Below the pieces are notes generated by a model. It searched no databases. It worked only from the letters and a program-made list of their open reading frames with translations, and was not told the origin of the DNA. The translations under genes were made by a program, and so were the position numbers. From assembly GCA_013115145.1 (NCBI GenBank), contig JAAPAO010000179.1, positions 1 through 57,292 on the forward strand: a stretch of DNA of 57,292 nucleotides. The letters run 5' to 3'. Source of the stretch: Perkinsus chesapeaki ATCC PRA-425 (lineage: Eukaryota > Protista > Perkinsozoa). Below are positions 1 through 13,482 of the stretch, in pieces; position 1 is the stretch's first letter; each line of letters begins with the position of its first letter.

Positions 1-30
1 ATCGAGCATATCTTACGGTTTCTATGATAC

Positions 31-143
31 GCGAAGCGACGCATAAATAGGCGAAGCGACGCGTATGCTAACAACGCCGCCGCCGTCTCCGCCGTCGCCC
101 CAGATTCTATTAGCCAGGTTCGATCCTCGGCCGAGGTATTTTT
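31..143. mobile_element. GC-rich non-autonomous element remnant (probably cut by the window start)
   Basis: GCGAAGCGACGC occurs twice (31-42, 51-62), followed by a (CGC/CGT)-rich tract, a perfect B-box GGTTCGATCC (117-126), the palindrome CCTCGGCCGAGG (125-136) and T5 (139-143). Contrasts sharply with the AT-rich flank. Confidence 0.3.
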
Positions 144-206
144 AAATATATTTTATTTAGTTTTTGAAGAACTACGTTATTGCGCATTAGATTGTTGTTG
201 ATAACA

Positions 207-2453
207 ATGAGTTCATCATCAAACAATGATAAATCACCAATGGTTGATAACATTATAACACCTAATAATAAACCTCATATCAATGCTACAGAAGCATTTC
301 AAGCTAGAATGAAAAAGTATGTATTTAACGTATTGTGTATCTTGTATGGTTAACCTTTAGATACGGTACTGTAGGTCTTGGTATTATACCGGATTCAATG
401 GGTGCTATGCATATTGCTGAAGCTTTAGATGATAATAAAGAGGATAATATAGAAGATGAGAAGGAAGATGATATTATTAATAATAGAGATGATTTCCTTA
501 AATTATTAAATGATGTTGCAGACTATCATGTAATATAATTAATTATATAATTAATGAATAATATTATTAGATTAACTCTAGACAACGTATTGCTGATTTT
601 GCTAGAGATCTTATTAAAAAAGGTAATTATGAAAACCTTACATTTAATGATCTATATAGTATGTTATTAAATCTTGGTCAATGTAATAATAATGTATAGA
701 TAATATTGTATAATATTATAATATTAGGGAAAGATCCTGCTGAAGAATTAGGAATGAATGATAGGGATATACAAGCATTAGCCATTAAGTAATACATTAT
801 TACTACAATATATAATACGATATTAATATAGATATGATGATGATGAAATAAATGAAGCTGGCCAAAGAATGATGATGGCTCAACAAGGTAACGGTTGTAG
901 TAGTAGTGATGATGATGGTTATTGTTATATATATTATTAGGTGGTATTAGTATAACACCTATACATGCAACCAAAAGAATAGCTGATAGTATAGATAGAA
1001 AGAAAGTTATTGATATACATAAATTTATGAATAGAACGTAATAATAGATGTGGTGTATTATTGGATATATTGTTATTATTAGATTTCTGAGATTAGTCGC
1101 TATATTTAAGAAAATACCACAAAAGGAGAGGTATGATATGTTACCTAAAGTTGTTGAGGCTACTGCTGAAGCTTATGTAATGTATTTATTTAATTATATT
1201 ATAATTATTATAAGGTAACACTTAAAGTATATAATGAGTTCAAGATAGATGCAGATGACTTAGAAATGGCAGTACAACGAATGGAAAAACACTTACAAGA
1301 AGACAAAGCTTATCAACAAGTAATAATATTGATAGTAGTAATAATAATAATGTTATTAGGAAGCTGAGATGTTAGCACATACTATGGCCAAGTTACATGA
1401 ATATTGCAGACCATTGGTAATTGGAGAGGTCGTGAAGTGTATACAGTTATAAGTATTAGTTACTTGAAGATGAATTTGAAAAAATGATGACAATATTATA
1501 TGAACAAAATGCAAGTACAAGAAAGCTTTGGATCGAATTATATGATCTTATGTTTGGTAGTAATAATAATCATAAAATAAGTGTTAAGGTAGTAATAATT
1601 GCAATATTAGTTAATATATTAACGTTATTTAGACCGCATATAGACAATTTGTAAAACATACTAAAGAACAAAGTAAATTAATGAAGGATGCTGGTTACCG
1701 TAATAATAATACTATTAATAATAATATGGTTATATTATTATTCAGCTGAGCTTAATCCACTGGAACTGGGGGATTTATATGGACGTTATAAAGATAATGA
1801 TAATATACATAAATTATGGGTTAAATCTAATTGTGATTTAGCAGCTTATCTTCAAGTAATATTATCAATACTTGTTGTTATGATGATTATTATATTAGGT
1901 TGTTATGATATCAGCCCAGAGTCAAATGGAGCCACCTCCACCACCACCATCAATAATGAGAAAAGTTAAGAGTATAACACCATCACAAGTTGTTAATATG
2001 CAATGCGCTATGACAACATGTTTGGGTTTAATAAAGACAATGATGAATAATGAAGAAGATGATCCTACCAAGGTATTTAATGCACAATACGCCTTACCAT
2101 TCGCACAAGGTGTTGCATCAATTGCAATTGAAAAAGAGAATAAAGTAAGTGGAAATGATAATAAAGTGGAATTAACTGGGGAAGATTTAACAATAGCTGG
2201 TATGATACATTCACAAACATTACAAGGAGATATGAAGTAATAATATAATAATATTTTACATATATACATTATTATTTAGATTTATGGAAGCATCTATGAA
2301 ACAACAACAATATATTGCAGAGATAATGAATATGTGCGGTGGTCCTAAACCAAGTAGTAATAATTAGAAAAGTTACAATAATATAATATTTATAATTCAG
2401 ATAATACACAACATGGTCCTAACAATTCATCTGAATCATGCACTGTAATGTAG
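207..2453 (+). CDS. Multi-exon hypothetical protein
   Basis: ATG at 207. Open segments (e.g. YGTVGLGIIPDSMGAMHIAEAL, VVNMQCAMTTCLGLIKTMM) are separated by short GT...AG AT-rich introns. No family motif recognised; 3' end approximate. Confidence 0.6.
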
Positions 2454-2652
2454 TAGTAGAAAGAAGAAGAAGATTGATTATTATAAGAATTAGGTTGTTG
2501 TTTCAGTTGAATAGATGTTGTTTCAGTTTAGTATTGATGGTAGCAATATTATTACGATCGATATAATTGTGTTAAGTTAATAATAGTGGGTATTATAATA
2601 ACAAAACATATATTATAATAATATGTATAAACATCATTAACACACGAAGGCA

Positions 2653-3099
2653 ACTAATACACATGTTGAATAATGGTCGGTATTAATACACATGTTGAAT
2701 AATGGTCGGTATTAATACACATGTTGAATAATGGTCGGTATTAATACACATGTTGAANNNNNNNNNNNNNNNNNNNNNNNNNNNNNNNNNNNNNNNNNNN
2801 NNNNNNNNNNNNNNNNNNNNNNNNNNNNNNNNNNNNNNNNNNNNNNNNNNNNNNNAATAATGGTCGATATTAATACATATGTTGAATAATGGTCGATATT
2901 AATACATATATTGTATGGTGGTCGGTATTAATACATATATTGTATGATGGTCGGTATCAATACATATATTGTATGATGGTCGGTATCAATACATATATTG
3001 TATGGTGGTCGGTATCAATACATATATTGTATGATGGTCGGTATCAATACATATATTGTATGGTGGTCGGTATTAATACATATATTGTATGATGGTCGG
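2653..3099. repeat. 29-bp minisatellite spanning an assembly gap
   Basis: The unit ATAATGGTCGGTATTAATACACATGTTGA lies left of the N-run (2758-2855) and grades into ATGATGGTCGGTATCAATACATATATTGT on the right. Units are contiguous, with no spacers. Confidence 0.9.
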
Positions 3100-3834
3100 C
3101 TATACACGGCCTAATTTTGGAAGTATTTGTTTACCATACGTATTATCCCATTCTTCAAGGTTAAGATGATGATGTCTTGGTCCGCCACTTCTTGTTGATG
3201 GTACATTATTTCTTGATTCTATAACAATACGAGTATGACTATCTGGTCCAACTATTTGAGCATATAATGATGCTTTACTTAACGGAAATGCCTGTATTTC
3301 ATTATATAGCATTCCTTGTACATTATATAATGGTCTATTATATAATGTTATATTAATAGTTACATCGCTATCATTAATTTTACCATAATACATGTTGTTG
3401 GTATTAAAATATTCATGATGATATGCTGTATCTAATTCATATAATTTATCATTATTATATAACCAATTAATATCATTCTGTATATCATTATTATCTGGTA
3501 TAGTAAATACATTATTATCAATTCTGCCCATATATTCTTTACATTTATTATCATCATCTATAGCATATATTACAATATTTTTACTTCTTCTGTCTTGTAA
3601 TGGTATTGTTGATGACATATATGATACACTTAATTTATCATTTCCTTTAACTTCTCTAACTTTAATATTAGGTCTACCAACTAATGTTGGTCTTATATAA
3701 TAATGTCTCATATTTCTTACATTACCAAATAACCATGGTATAGGATGGTGTAATGGCACAAGTGTTGTATGTTTACTATATATAATATAATTATTAAATA
3801 ATAATATACACAATAATAATATTACCGAACACAT
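3100..3834 (-). CDS. Intronless 244-aa hypothetical protein with signal-peptide-like N-terminus
   Basis: Uninterrupted ORF with normal-complexity sequence and hydrophobic N-terminus MCSVILLLCILLF. Confidence 0.55.
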   Translation of the reverse strand: MCSVILLLCILLFNNYIIYSKHTTLVPLHHPIPWLFGNVRNMRHYYIRPTLVGRPNIKVREVKGNDKLSVSYMSSTIPLQDRRSKNIVIYAIDDDNKCKEYMGRIDNNVFTIPDNNDIQNDINWLYNNDKLYELDTAYHHEYFNTNNMYYGKINDSDVTINITLYNRPLYNVQGMLYNEIQAFPLSKASLYAQIVGPDSHTRIVIESRNNVPSTRSGGPRHHHLNLEEWDNTYGKQILPKLGRV

Positions 3835-3944
3835 TCGACCACATTAACGACTTTGAGCGGCGGGGAATGGAGACATTAATAACGTAGTCGATCTTGCAAT
3901 CTTAATCGTTTACTCAACGCACATCTTACTCTGACTATCGGACT

Positions 3945-4520
3945 GTTCAATAAACGAGGGCTTGGGCGATTCTGGAATCGTTCCTGAAAATCGATTTTAA
4001 AAAACGATTCTGGGAACCTGTTCGACAAACGCAATTTTGAAAATTGGAACACGTTCTTGGAATCGATTCTGGCAACGATTCTGACCAGCGTTGAATAGAC
4101 ACGCAAACGATTCCAGAAATGTTTCCAGAACACGAATTCGTGAACTACATAAAAGTGTCATCTGCGGGAGTCGAACTCGTGAAGCATCAAAGATAATCTG
4201 AGTAATTTGTCCAACGCATTTGCGGGACCCTCACAGGTTCGAGCATTTCTTAATTAATCTAGTCTAATTGGTTAAGAGTTCTGTTCCGAATGCCAAAGGT
4301 TGGGAGTTCGATCCCGAGCTACAACTTTTATTCGACTTTATTTAATCTCTGTAGCGAGTGCTTTTTTCACGCGCTACGAAACGTTGAGAACCGGTCAAAG
4401 TGATTTTGAAATCTGGCAGCTCAGAATCACTTAAAGAATCGCACGCGAGCTTTTTTGAACGCACTCAGAATCGTTTCTGAAACGTTTTCGGTTCTTAGTT
4501 CCAAAACAGGTTTGTTGAAC
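3945..4520. mobile_element. Non-autonomous TIR (MITE-like) DNA transposon candidate
   Basis: GTTCAATAAAC (3945-3955) and GTTTGTTGAAC (4510-4520) are inverted repeats with 10/11 identity. CGATTC(T/C) motifs at 3967, 4005, 4064, 4076 and 4108 face inverted AGAATC motifs at 4423, 4435 and 4467. GC-richer than the flanks. No TSD identified. Confidence 0.5.
4256..4329 (+). pseudogene. tRNA-like Pol III module (A box, B box, T4); cloverleaf degenerate
   Basis: A-box-like TAGTCTAATTGG (4260-4271), B-box GAGTTCGATCCC (4304-4315), TTTT (4326-4329). Stems do not pair properly. Confidence 0.4.
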
Positions 4521-4600
4521 GAGCGGTGGGGGGGGTATACGAATGATGATGATGGTGATCGTTGTTGTTGTTATAGATGTTGTGAGTGTTTAATATTATT

Positions 4601-5150
4601 ATGTTAGCTACTATTGGTCTATCAACAATGGCAGTAGCAGCTGGGACAACTGCTGCATTACATCATAATAAAAATACACATTTATTACCAAATAATAATA
4701 CCAGTACAAGTACTACTAGACCATTATTAAATGATAATACCAGTACAAGTAGTACTAGACCATTATTANNNNNNNNNNNNNNNNNNNNNNNNNNNNNNNN
4801 NNNNNNNNNNNNNNNNNNNNNNNNNNNNNNNNNNNNNNNNNNNNNNNNNNNNNNNNNNNNNNNNNNNTACTACTAGACCATTATTAAATGATAATACCAG
4901 TACAAGTAGTACTAGACCATTATTAAATGATAATACCAGTGTTAGCAGATCAGATGTCTATAATTATAGTTATGATGAAGGATGTTGTAATACATTATCC
5001 CCTCCACCAGAAATATATTTACAATTACCCGATCATGGTAGTAGACATCATTTAAATATACCACCACCTGAAGAGGAGCAGCATTATTGGAGATGCAATT
5101 GTATATCTAACTGTTTTAATGGTATAAAACAATTATTACATAATAAATAA
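4601..5150 (+). CDS. Small hypothetical protein with 13-aa tandem repeat (NTSTSSTRPLLND), crossing an N gap
   Basis: ATG at 4601 with hydrophobic N-terminus. Repeat units lie on both sides of the gap (4769-4867), followed by a unique Cys/Pro-containing C-terminus and a stop at 5150. Confidence 0.45.
4697..4940. repeat. 39-bp tandem repeat
   Basis: Unit TAATACCAGTACAAGTAGTACTAGACCATTATTAAATGA; copy number unresolved because of the N gap. Confidence 0.85.
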
Positions 5151-5753
5151 TAACTTTGTTAATATAGTGTTGCTTGATAATAATAATAAAGATGTTTAGT
5201 TTAATAACTATATTATTATTGTTTAGTATCTTATGTCAAATAATATAACAGAAGTACCACCTTCACCAACTTGCAGCAGCAGCAGTGGTGGTGGTAATAA
5301 TAATGGTTTAATATTACCACGTATTAGATTACAATTGGCATCATGTGATAGTCTACATACTGTTAATATACCAATTAATAATAAGAACTCTTCATCATCA
5401 ATAATTAAAGATGATGAAAATGAGGATAAAGAGAAGGGAGATGTAGTAATAATAATACGGAGGATAATAATTGATAATATTATTAGAAAATAATTAATAA
5501 TAAAAAGAAAAGGAATAATGGTTATATAAGAATATTTAAATGTTGTAGTCATCATAAAAAGTGATAATGCCTACGTTTGATTATTAAAAATAATATATCT
5601 TTGTTTCTTAAATCTATTCTATTATACCATACCGATTCATCATCATCATCATCAAGATAATCATTATGATCGTGTAATACGTAGTTTCCATTAATAATAC
5701 ATATTTAGTTATTACTATTATTATTAGTCATATTTATACTTAGAATTATAATA

Positions 5754-8041
5754 ATGCTGATGTCATCGCAAAATAATAAATTGATATTATTATCACGTTT
5801 ATATAATAGAGATGCAGGATGGGGGGTTAGAAGCTGTATAACAACATTAAATACCGGTGCCGCCGCGGACATAGTCCGAGATACACGTCGTTATAATCAA
5901 CAAAGCAGTCGCCGTAATGTATCTAATATACAGTATACTGATAAGTCTGCTGCTGTATCTGAATGGAGAATGCTAACTCGGGTGAGTTAATATTATTATT
6001 ATTCATATTATTATTATTATGTTAATTAGGTTAAGTATGAACGTATTAGAGTAGATAAGCCAATAGTTGAATTAGATGGTGATGAAATGACAAGAATAGT
6101 CTGGCAAATGATTAAAGATAAACTCGTATTAATAATAAATATAAATATAATTATATTATTATATTTAATAGATATTCCCTTTTATTGATATGGATATTGA
6201 TTATTATGACTTATCTGTTGAAAATAGAGATAAAACAGATGATCAAGTTACAATTGACGCAGCTAAAGCAATATTAAAGTAAATATAAGTAGTAGTATTA
6301 TTAGTATTAGTATTATGTGTTTTATCAAATATACGTATATTATTATCAGATATAATGTCGGTGTTAAATGTGCTACTATAACACCTGATGCAGCCAGGGT
6401 TAAAGAATTTAACCTGAAAAAGATGTGGAAGAGTCCTAATGGTACAATTAGGAATATATTAGATGGTACGGTTTTTAGGGCACCAATAATAATACAAAAT
6501 ATACCACGGTAGTAGTAATAATTATAATAATGGTGATTATAATATTATTAAAGATACGTACCTGGTTGGGAATATCCAATTGTTATTGGTAGACATGCTC
6601 ATGCTGATCAATATAAATGTGAACAATTTATAACTGATAAACCAGGTGATAGTGGTGATGATGGTGATGATGGTTGTTATAATATAATGATGATATTAAT
6701 AATAATATTGTTTATTGTTGTTAGGGCGAGTTGAAATAGTATATTATCCTAATAATAATGAAGATGAAAAGAAAAGTATCAAATTATTTGAATTTAAAGA
6801 TAATGATGAAGGAGGTGTTGTAATGGGAATGTAATAGTAATAATAATAGAGGTAATTATAATAAAATTAGGTATAATACTAAAAGATCGATTGAGAGTTT
6901 TGCAAGATGCTGTTTTACTTATGCATTAGGGCAGGTAATAATAATCAATATTATTATTATTAATGATGATGATGTTTATGTCTACGTTTTGTAGGGTATG
7001 CCATTATACTTCTCATCTAAGAATACAATACTAAAAGCATATGATGGTTTATTTAAAGATACTTTTCAAGAATTATATGATAAAGAATATAAGTAGTAGT
7101 AGTTGCTGCTGCTGTTGTTATAATAGTAGTAATAATAATAAAACTGCTTCTTATATTATTAGAAAAGAGTTTGAGAAGGTTGGTCTATGGTATGAACATA
7201 GATTGATAGACGATATGGTTGCACAGGTAGTAGTGTTATTAGTAATAATATCATATTTATTATTATTATTTAATAGGCAATTAAATCAAAAGGTGGATTT
7301 GTATGGGCATGTAAGAATTATGATGGTGATGTCCAATCAGATATAGTTGCACAAGGGTAATAATAATAACAATAGTTAATTATTATTATTAATTAGTTAT
7401 GGATCACTTGGTTTAATGACATCAATATTATTATGTCCGGATGGTAAAACAGTATTATCAGAAGCTGCCCATGGTACAGTAACAAGACATTATAGAGCTT
7501 ATCAAGTACTAATAATAATAATTATTATTGAGTACATAATTGTTATTCAGAGAGGAGAAAAAACATCAACTAATCCAATAGCATCTATATTTGCTTGGTC
7601 AAGAGCATTAAATCAACGTGCTGTATTGGATTCTAATCAAAGACTTAAACATTTCGCACAAGTAATAATAATAACTTGTTGTTTTTGTTATTATTATTGT
7701 CTTAAGGCTTTGGAGGATGCATGTGTTGAATCAGTTGAAGCTGGTTATATGAGTAAGGACTTGGCAATATGTGTTGCTGGAACATCAAAAGTGATATAAA
7801 CTTATAATTATTATTATTAATTTTATTATTATAGATATCATCTGATCAATATCTTACAAGTGAAGATCTTATTGATTATTTCTCGGAAAGGTAAATATTT
7901 AATTATTATTAAATTTGATCAATATAATGAATGTTGTTGTATTTCAGATTAAAAGTTAAGTTAGCTAAACCATTGAAAAAGCGTTATGCTTTGGTTGGTC
8001 CACGACTTGATCCACCAAAGTATAAATCGGAGGATCTTTAA
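5754..8041 (+). CDS. IDH2: NADP-dependent isocitrate dehydrogenase, probably mitochondrial (about 14 introns)
   Basis: Spliced motifs [91 protein letters not shown] and [10 protein letters not shown]. Arg/Ser-rich N-terminal extension. Confidence 0.95.
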
Positions 8042-8204
8042 TAATAATGTCAACAACAAGAACAAGAACAAGAATAAGAATGCTCCTTCTCATAAGATGT
8101 GTTAACAACATGTTTATTACTAACGTTACTGTTATTGTTACTTTAGTTAAACTCAATATTAATATTAAGAATAACATTAATTGACATTTATGATGACATG
8201 TAAT

Positions 8205-10186
8205 TTATAAAAAGAATCTATCATCTATAATACTTGTACGGCTTATTGTACGTCGAGTTAAGATTGACCAAATATTATTAAATATAAATGAGAATGAATA
8301 TGCGATAATCGACCCTAATATTGGATTATTGGTATATCGGAATATTAAGGAGAATAATAATAACTGTAATAAAGCTGAATGTAACTCAGTACCTAAATAA
8401 TCAACAATAATCATAATCATCATCCAATCCCTTTAAAAGTATTACTACCTAATGGTATACCATAATAATCTGTACCATAAATAAATGATGTAACCCAACC
8501 AATACCATTATTATCATCAATTAATAGACCATCATAAGAAGGTATATCTAATACTTAATCATAAAATAAATTATAATAATTATTATAATTATTATTATAA
8601 TTATTATTACCGCTAGTATAACCAAATAACTTCTCTTTAATTGTTCGTGATCTTATTATACCTTTACGTGTTATCGATTCTATTGTTGTTAATAATGTGT
8701 CCTCAAATTTCAATCTAAACAGTAATAACAACAAGCATATTTATAATAATAATAACAACCTCAAATCAATTAATTTAATATTATCCTGTTTATTAATTAA
8801 TGATCCACCACCAAGTGGCATACCCACTAATGATGCTGCTGACGACGATCTCAATACTATTAAATCAGTAGATAATTCGATTATTAAGTTACGAAAATGT
8901 TGTGGCATAAATATCTGTAATATTGATAATTTATAACTTATAATCTTACGATACCTCATAAGTCTGAAGATGACACCTTTTTGGATCATCCGGTTTAAGT
9001 CCCCTTTTTAATAGAAGATTATCTTTCTCATCCTTAAGAATTATTATTATGATATAATGAATAGTAATATTATTATGGTTACTTGTAAATATGCCATTAA
9101 TTGACTTATATCACAATCAGCTTTACCACTCGGTGATTTACCATGTATAAACCATCCATGTAAAGGTTCATCAAGTATCTATCTTATATATCATTATTAT
9201 CATCGATAATAACTATACCATAATCACTATTACTACTACCACTTACTATAACGCTAATATTAGATAATGCACATATATCAACAAAATCACATAAACGATC
9301 TCCTAATTGTAATGATGTTAATTTCCGTATTATTATTAATATAATAAATACCAATAACCATGTTGCTGTACTTATACAATATATTAGATATGGATTTAAT
9401 ACTATAGACTCATCTGACATAATAATAATAATATTAATAAATATATAATACTTGTAATAATAATAATAACAACAACAACCCACCCTGATTATAATCATAT
9501 TCATAATTATTTATATATTCTTTAACCTTTCCTGGTATTGAATCTGCTTTATATTGCCATTTAAATACATATATAAATAATAATACCAAAAACCATAATA
9601 ACCCATATGATAATCTTTTATGAGATGCTCTTTCATTTAATTCATTTGCAATAAATAACATTCTCCATGCAGATGGAGTAGAAGAAGAGGAGGAACCTAC
9701 TACTAGTTATACAATAATATTAATAATAATAAATAATATAACTATTATCATTATCACATGATATATTGCCATTCATATGTTGTTCGTTATTTTTGCCGCT
9801 TGTTGTTGATGATATTTTATCATTATTAGTTAATACTTTATTACCACTACCACTCATACCACTAGTAATACTATCATTATGTATTATTAAACTTTTATTA
9901 TTATTAAATGCATTAAACCCAAATGTACTCAGTCTATTATTATCATTATTAGTATATGCTCTATTATTGCTGCTATTATTATCATCATCTTTATATTTCC
10001 ATCTCTCTCTATCATCTTTAATACTATTCATATGTTTATGTTGTTCTCTATCAATCAAGAATATGAATATTTTACTAATTCTAATTATATCAAATATAAT
10101 AATAATAAATGCTAATGTAATAAGATAAATAAGGAAACCGTCAATTATACCATCTCCACCACCAGAAGCAGCATCAGGAGAGGAGG

Positions 10187-10227
<41 letters not shown>

Positions 10228-13200
10228 GGTGGTGGCTGTATTAATGTATTATATGATATTAATAATTTATGTAAAAGTATTATAATGAAGAATGATATAT
10301 GTGATAGTAGAATAGTATTGATAAATGTATTGATAATAACAATAATACGTTGTCTAAATACCCCTGTATAATCTAGTATAAAGTGTCCAGTGGTATGATG
10401 GTCATCATTTGACAATGGATACCTATTTCTTATAATATATATACGAAATAATGCTATTATTAATGTTATTAATGTATATGGTATAAATATAGATAATATA
10501 GTTAACCAATAACTATTATTCCTTGATGATGATGTAGTGTACAAACTACTGAATAAAATACGTAAAGCACTGCTGCTGCCGCCCTTAGTAGTTGTTGTTG
10601 TTGATAACTCTCCTCCTGCTCCTCCTCCTGCTAACCATTCTTCTTCATTCAATACCTCTATCATATATATTTCTATTATAGGCGTCTCAATTGGATCAAA
10701 ACTTATAAAACGTGTTAATGTTGCTAATCGTAATACGCCATTATTAGTACTATCACATAGTGTGTATCTTTTAACGAATGTATCATATTGGTAATAACCA
10801 TCATCATCAATAATAATATTATTTATTATTCGTATAGGTATTGATATTAAATTGTTTACATCTGGTATCTCATTATCATTATTACTATTATCATCATCTT
10901 CTTCTTGTTGTAGATAAATCTCATAAAATAGTGGTTGAGAACATCTATTATCAAGTAATAGTTTATTATGTCTTATATAACATAATATATTCTAAATACG
11001 GCTGTAATAATAATACTATACTAATTACAATAAGATTAATTACTTTATTATAACCATATTTATACCAATAATTATTATTGTTATTGTTATCACATAATGT
11101 TAAATATTGTTCACTATCAGTTCCTTTATACCATCCTAACCATGTGCCTAATATTAATACAATATTAATAATAACAATATTCTTATTATTAATAATACTA
11201 CCATTTATAGTATATATTGATACCCATATTTTAATATCATTTCCTAATATCATTTCTTTATTTAATGTTGTTTTATTTATGTATAATAATGGTAAGTTAT
11301 TATTATACCGAGTAATATCAATATCTAATAATAATTGTATTTTATTATTATACTTCATATTATGTATAATATATTATAACTTATTATTGTAGTAGTAGTA
11401 CTAGTCTAACTATTAAGACCATATTCATTATTACTACCTTTATATAAATAATGTATTATATAATAACATATCCCATCATTATTATTAGTATTATATAAAT
11501 TTATTACACATAGATTTGTTAAACAATTACATGCCTTTTGATCATTCATTAACACACATCTTATATTACATGACACATAATACGACATAATAATATTATT
11601 ATTAATATAATATTTATTAACATTTATTAATCTCTTCTTATTACTATCATCTATACTTTCTATTATATCATATATATTTATATTCCCTAAAGTATTACAG
11701 CAATATTATTATCATTTATTATTACTACTACCATTTATAAATTCATTAATCATATTATTATGTATATTTATATCATTTATAATATTATTATATTGTACAG
11801 TGGATAATGCATTTAATGATAATATTAATTCTGATTCTGTTTTTGTATTATTATTTAATGTATTTGATAACCACCATTGATAAGTTTGTGGTATACATAA
11901 TGATGATGATGATAGGGTTCCAGGTGGTGAAGGGGGGCTCCATAAACTAATATTACCACTTACTTGTATTATTATTATCATCATCATTATAAGTATTATT
12001 ATTACCCTATATTATTACAATTGCATCCTTCTTCTATAATCCCTAACTCCCACGGTATTATGCCACATATTTTTATATTATTATTTATAATAATCATCCT
12101 ATCATCACCACTGTTGTTATTATTATTACAGGTAGTAGTAATAGTAGTAGTATTGTAACATGAATATACAGGTGATGATGATGTTGTTTTATAATCTATA
12201 TATAATATACCATCATTATTAATACATCTAATACACCACCACCATCATTAACATATACTATTATTATTACTACCTGCATTCACCACTACCATTATCTATA
12301 TATACACCGTTAGTTTCTAAACATGGATAACATCCATTTTTATAATAATTAGGCGTCATATTATTAGGGCAATTAATACAAGTATCATCATCCATATATC
12401 TGATGATATTAATATATAACTATTACTACTACCTTATAATAATACTACTACCTTACACTCCCATTACCACATGTACATGGACCGTATTCTTCACTATTTG
12501 GTATCATTCCTCTTGTTGGTGTATCACATATTCTACATTTTGATATTCTTGTATCAAATCCTTCATTATCTTTACATATATTATTTAATAATAATCCATA
12601 TATTATACTTAGATTATATAATAATATTATAATATAATATATTAACATATAAGGATTAATACCTTAACCATAACCAATAAATTATTAATACTATTCAACA
12701 AAATACTTATATAAAACAGCAAGTCCAATTAATTATTATTATCATTATTATTAACATGTTGTTGTTGTTGCTCCAGGATAGATAATAACATTATTGCTTT
12801 ATCTTTTATTATTTTATTATTATTGTTATTTATAATATTATTAAGTGAGCTAATTATAATAACATTATTATTACAATCATTTATTAACCCATATAATGTA
12901 TCCATTAATAACTCTATATTATTATTATCAACCTAAACTTAGCTTCATAATAATACTAGCAAGTGTAATAATATTATTACATTATGTTTATTATTATTAT
13001 TATTATTGTCGTCATCTATTAATCCTTTAATTTTATTATTTTGTAATATTATTTTATTTTTTACTCCTATGGTTACCCTTTCAATCTCATCTTTATGCAT
13101 AATTAATTCATTAACTCTTCTATTTAATCTATTATATACCTTAATAATAATACCTTCGTTATTATCATTATACTACACTTATTAATACATTATTAATATC

Positions 13201-13407
13201 TCCTCTACCTGGTCCTATCAAATCCTCTTTACCACCACCTTCTATATAAACACCATCAATGCCATTATGATGTGTAGGACAATGATCATTTTCATAAGAT
13301 ATATTATTATACAACATTATATAACTACTTATATAATATTATAATAACACAATAATAATACTAATCAACAGCAAGGACAACATCAGCATGAGCATGAGCA
13401 TGAGCAT
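8205..13407 (-). CDS. TMEM67: Meckelin (TMEM67/MKS3), ciliary transition-zone membrane protein
   Basis: Cys-rich N-terminal segment (CKDNEGFDTRISKCRICD...CTCGNG), multiple TM segments, the motif DFVDICALSNISVIV and a C-terminal ISRTSIIDDRFFL, all typical of meckelin. 5' end uncertain. Confidence 0.8.
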
Positions 13408-13482
13408 GAGTAGTAGTAGTAGTAGTAGTATTGTTCGTAGTAGTAATAAGTAGTATATGATGGTCGTTGTTGTTGTTTTTAT

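Noticed and set aside
2653-3099. CRISPR array (29-bp repeats)
   Set aside because: Units are contiguous with no unique spacers, the context is eukaryotic, and no cas genes are present. The same applies to 33367-33575 and to the 15-bp array, whose variable part is only about 7 nt.
4256-4329. Functional tRNA gene
   Set aside because: A/B boxes are present but the acceptor, anticodon and T stems do not pair. The same holds for 57162-57232, despite a CGT anticodon-like loop.
7948-8041. ER-retention signal (SEDL) on the IDH C-terminal extension
   Set aside because: Not a canonical (K/H)DEL, and the protein has a mitochondrial-type leader rather than a signal peptide.
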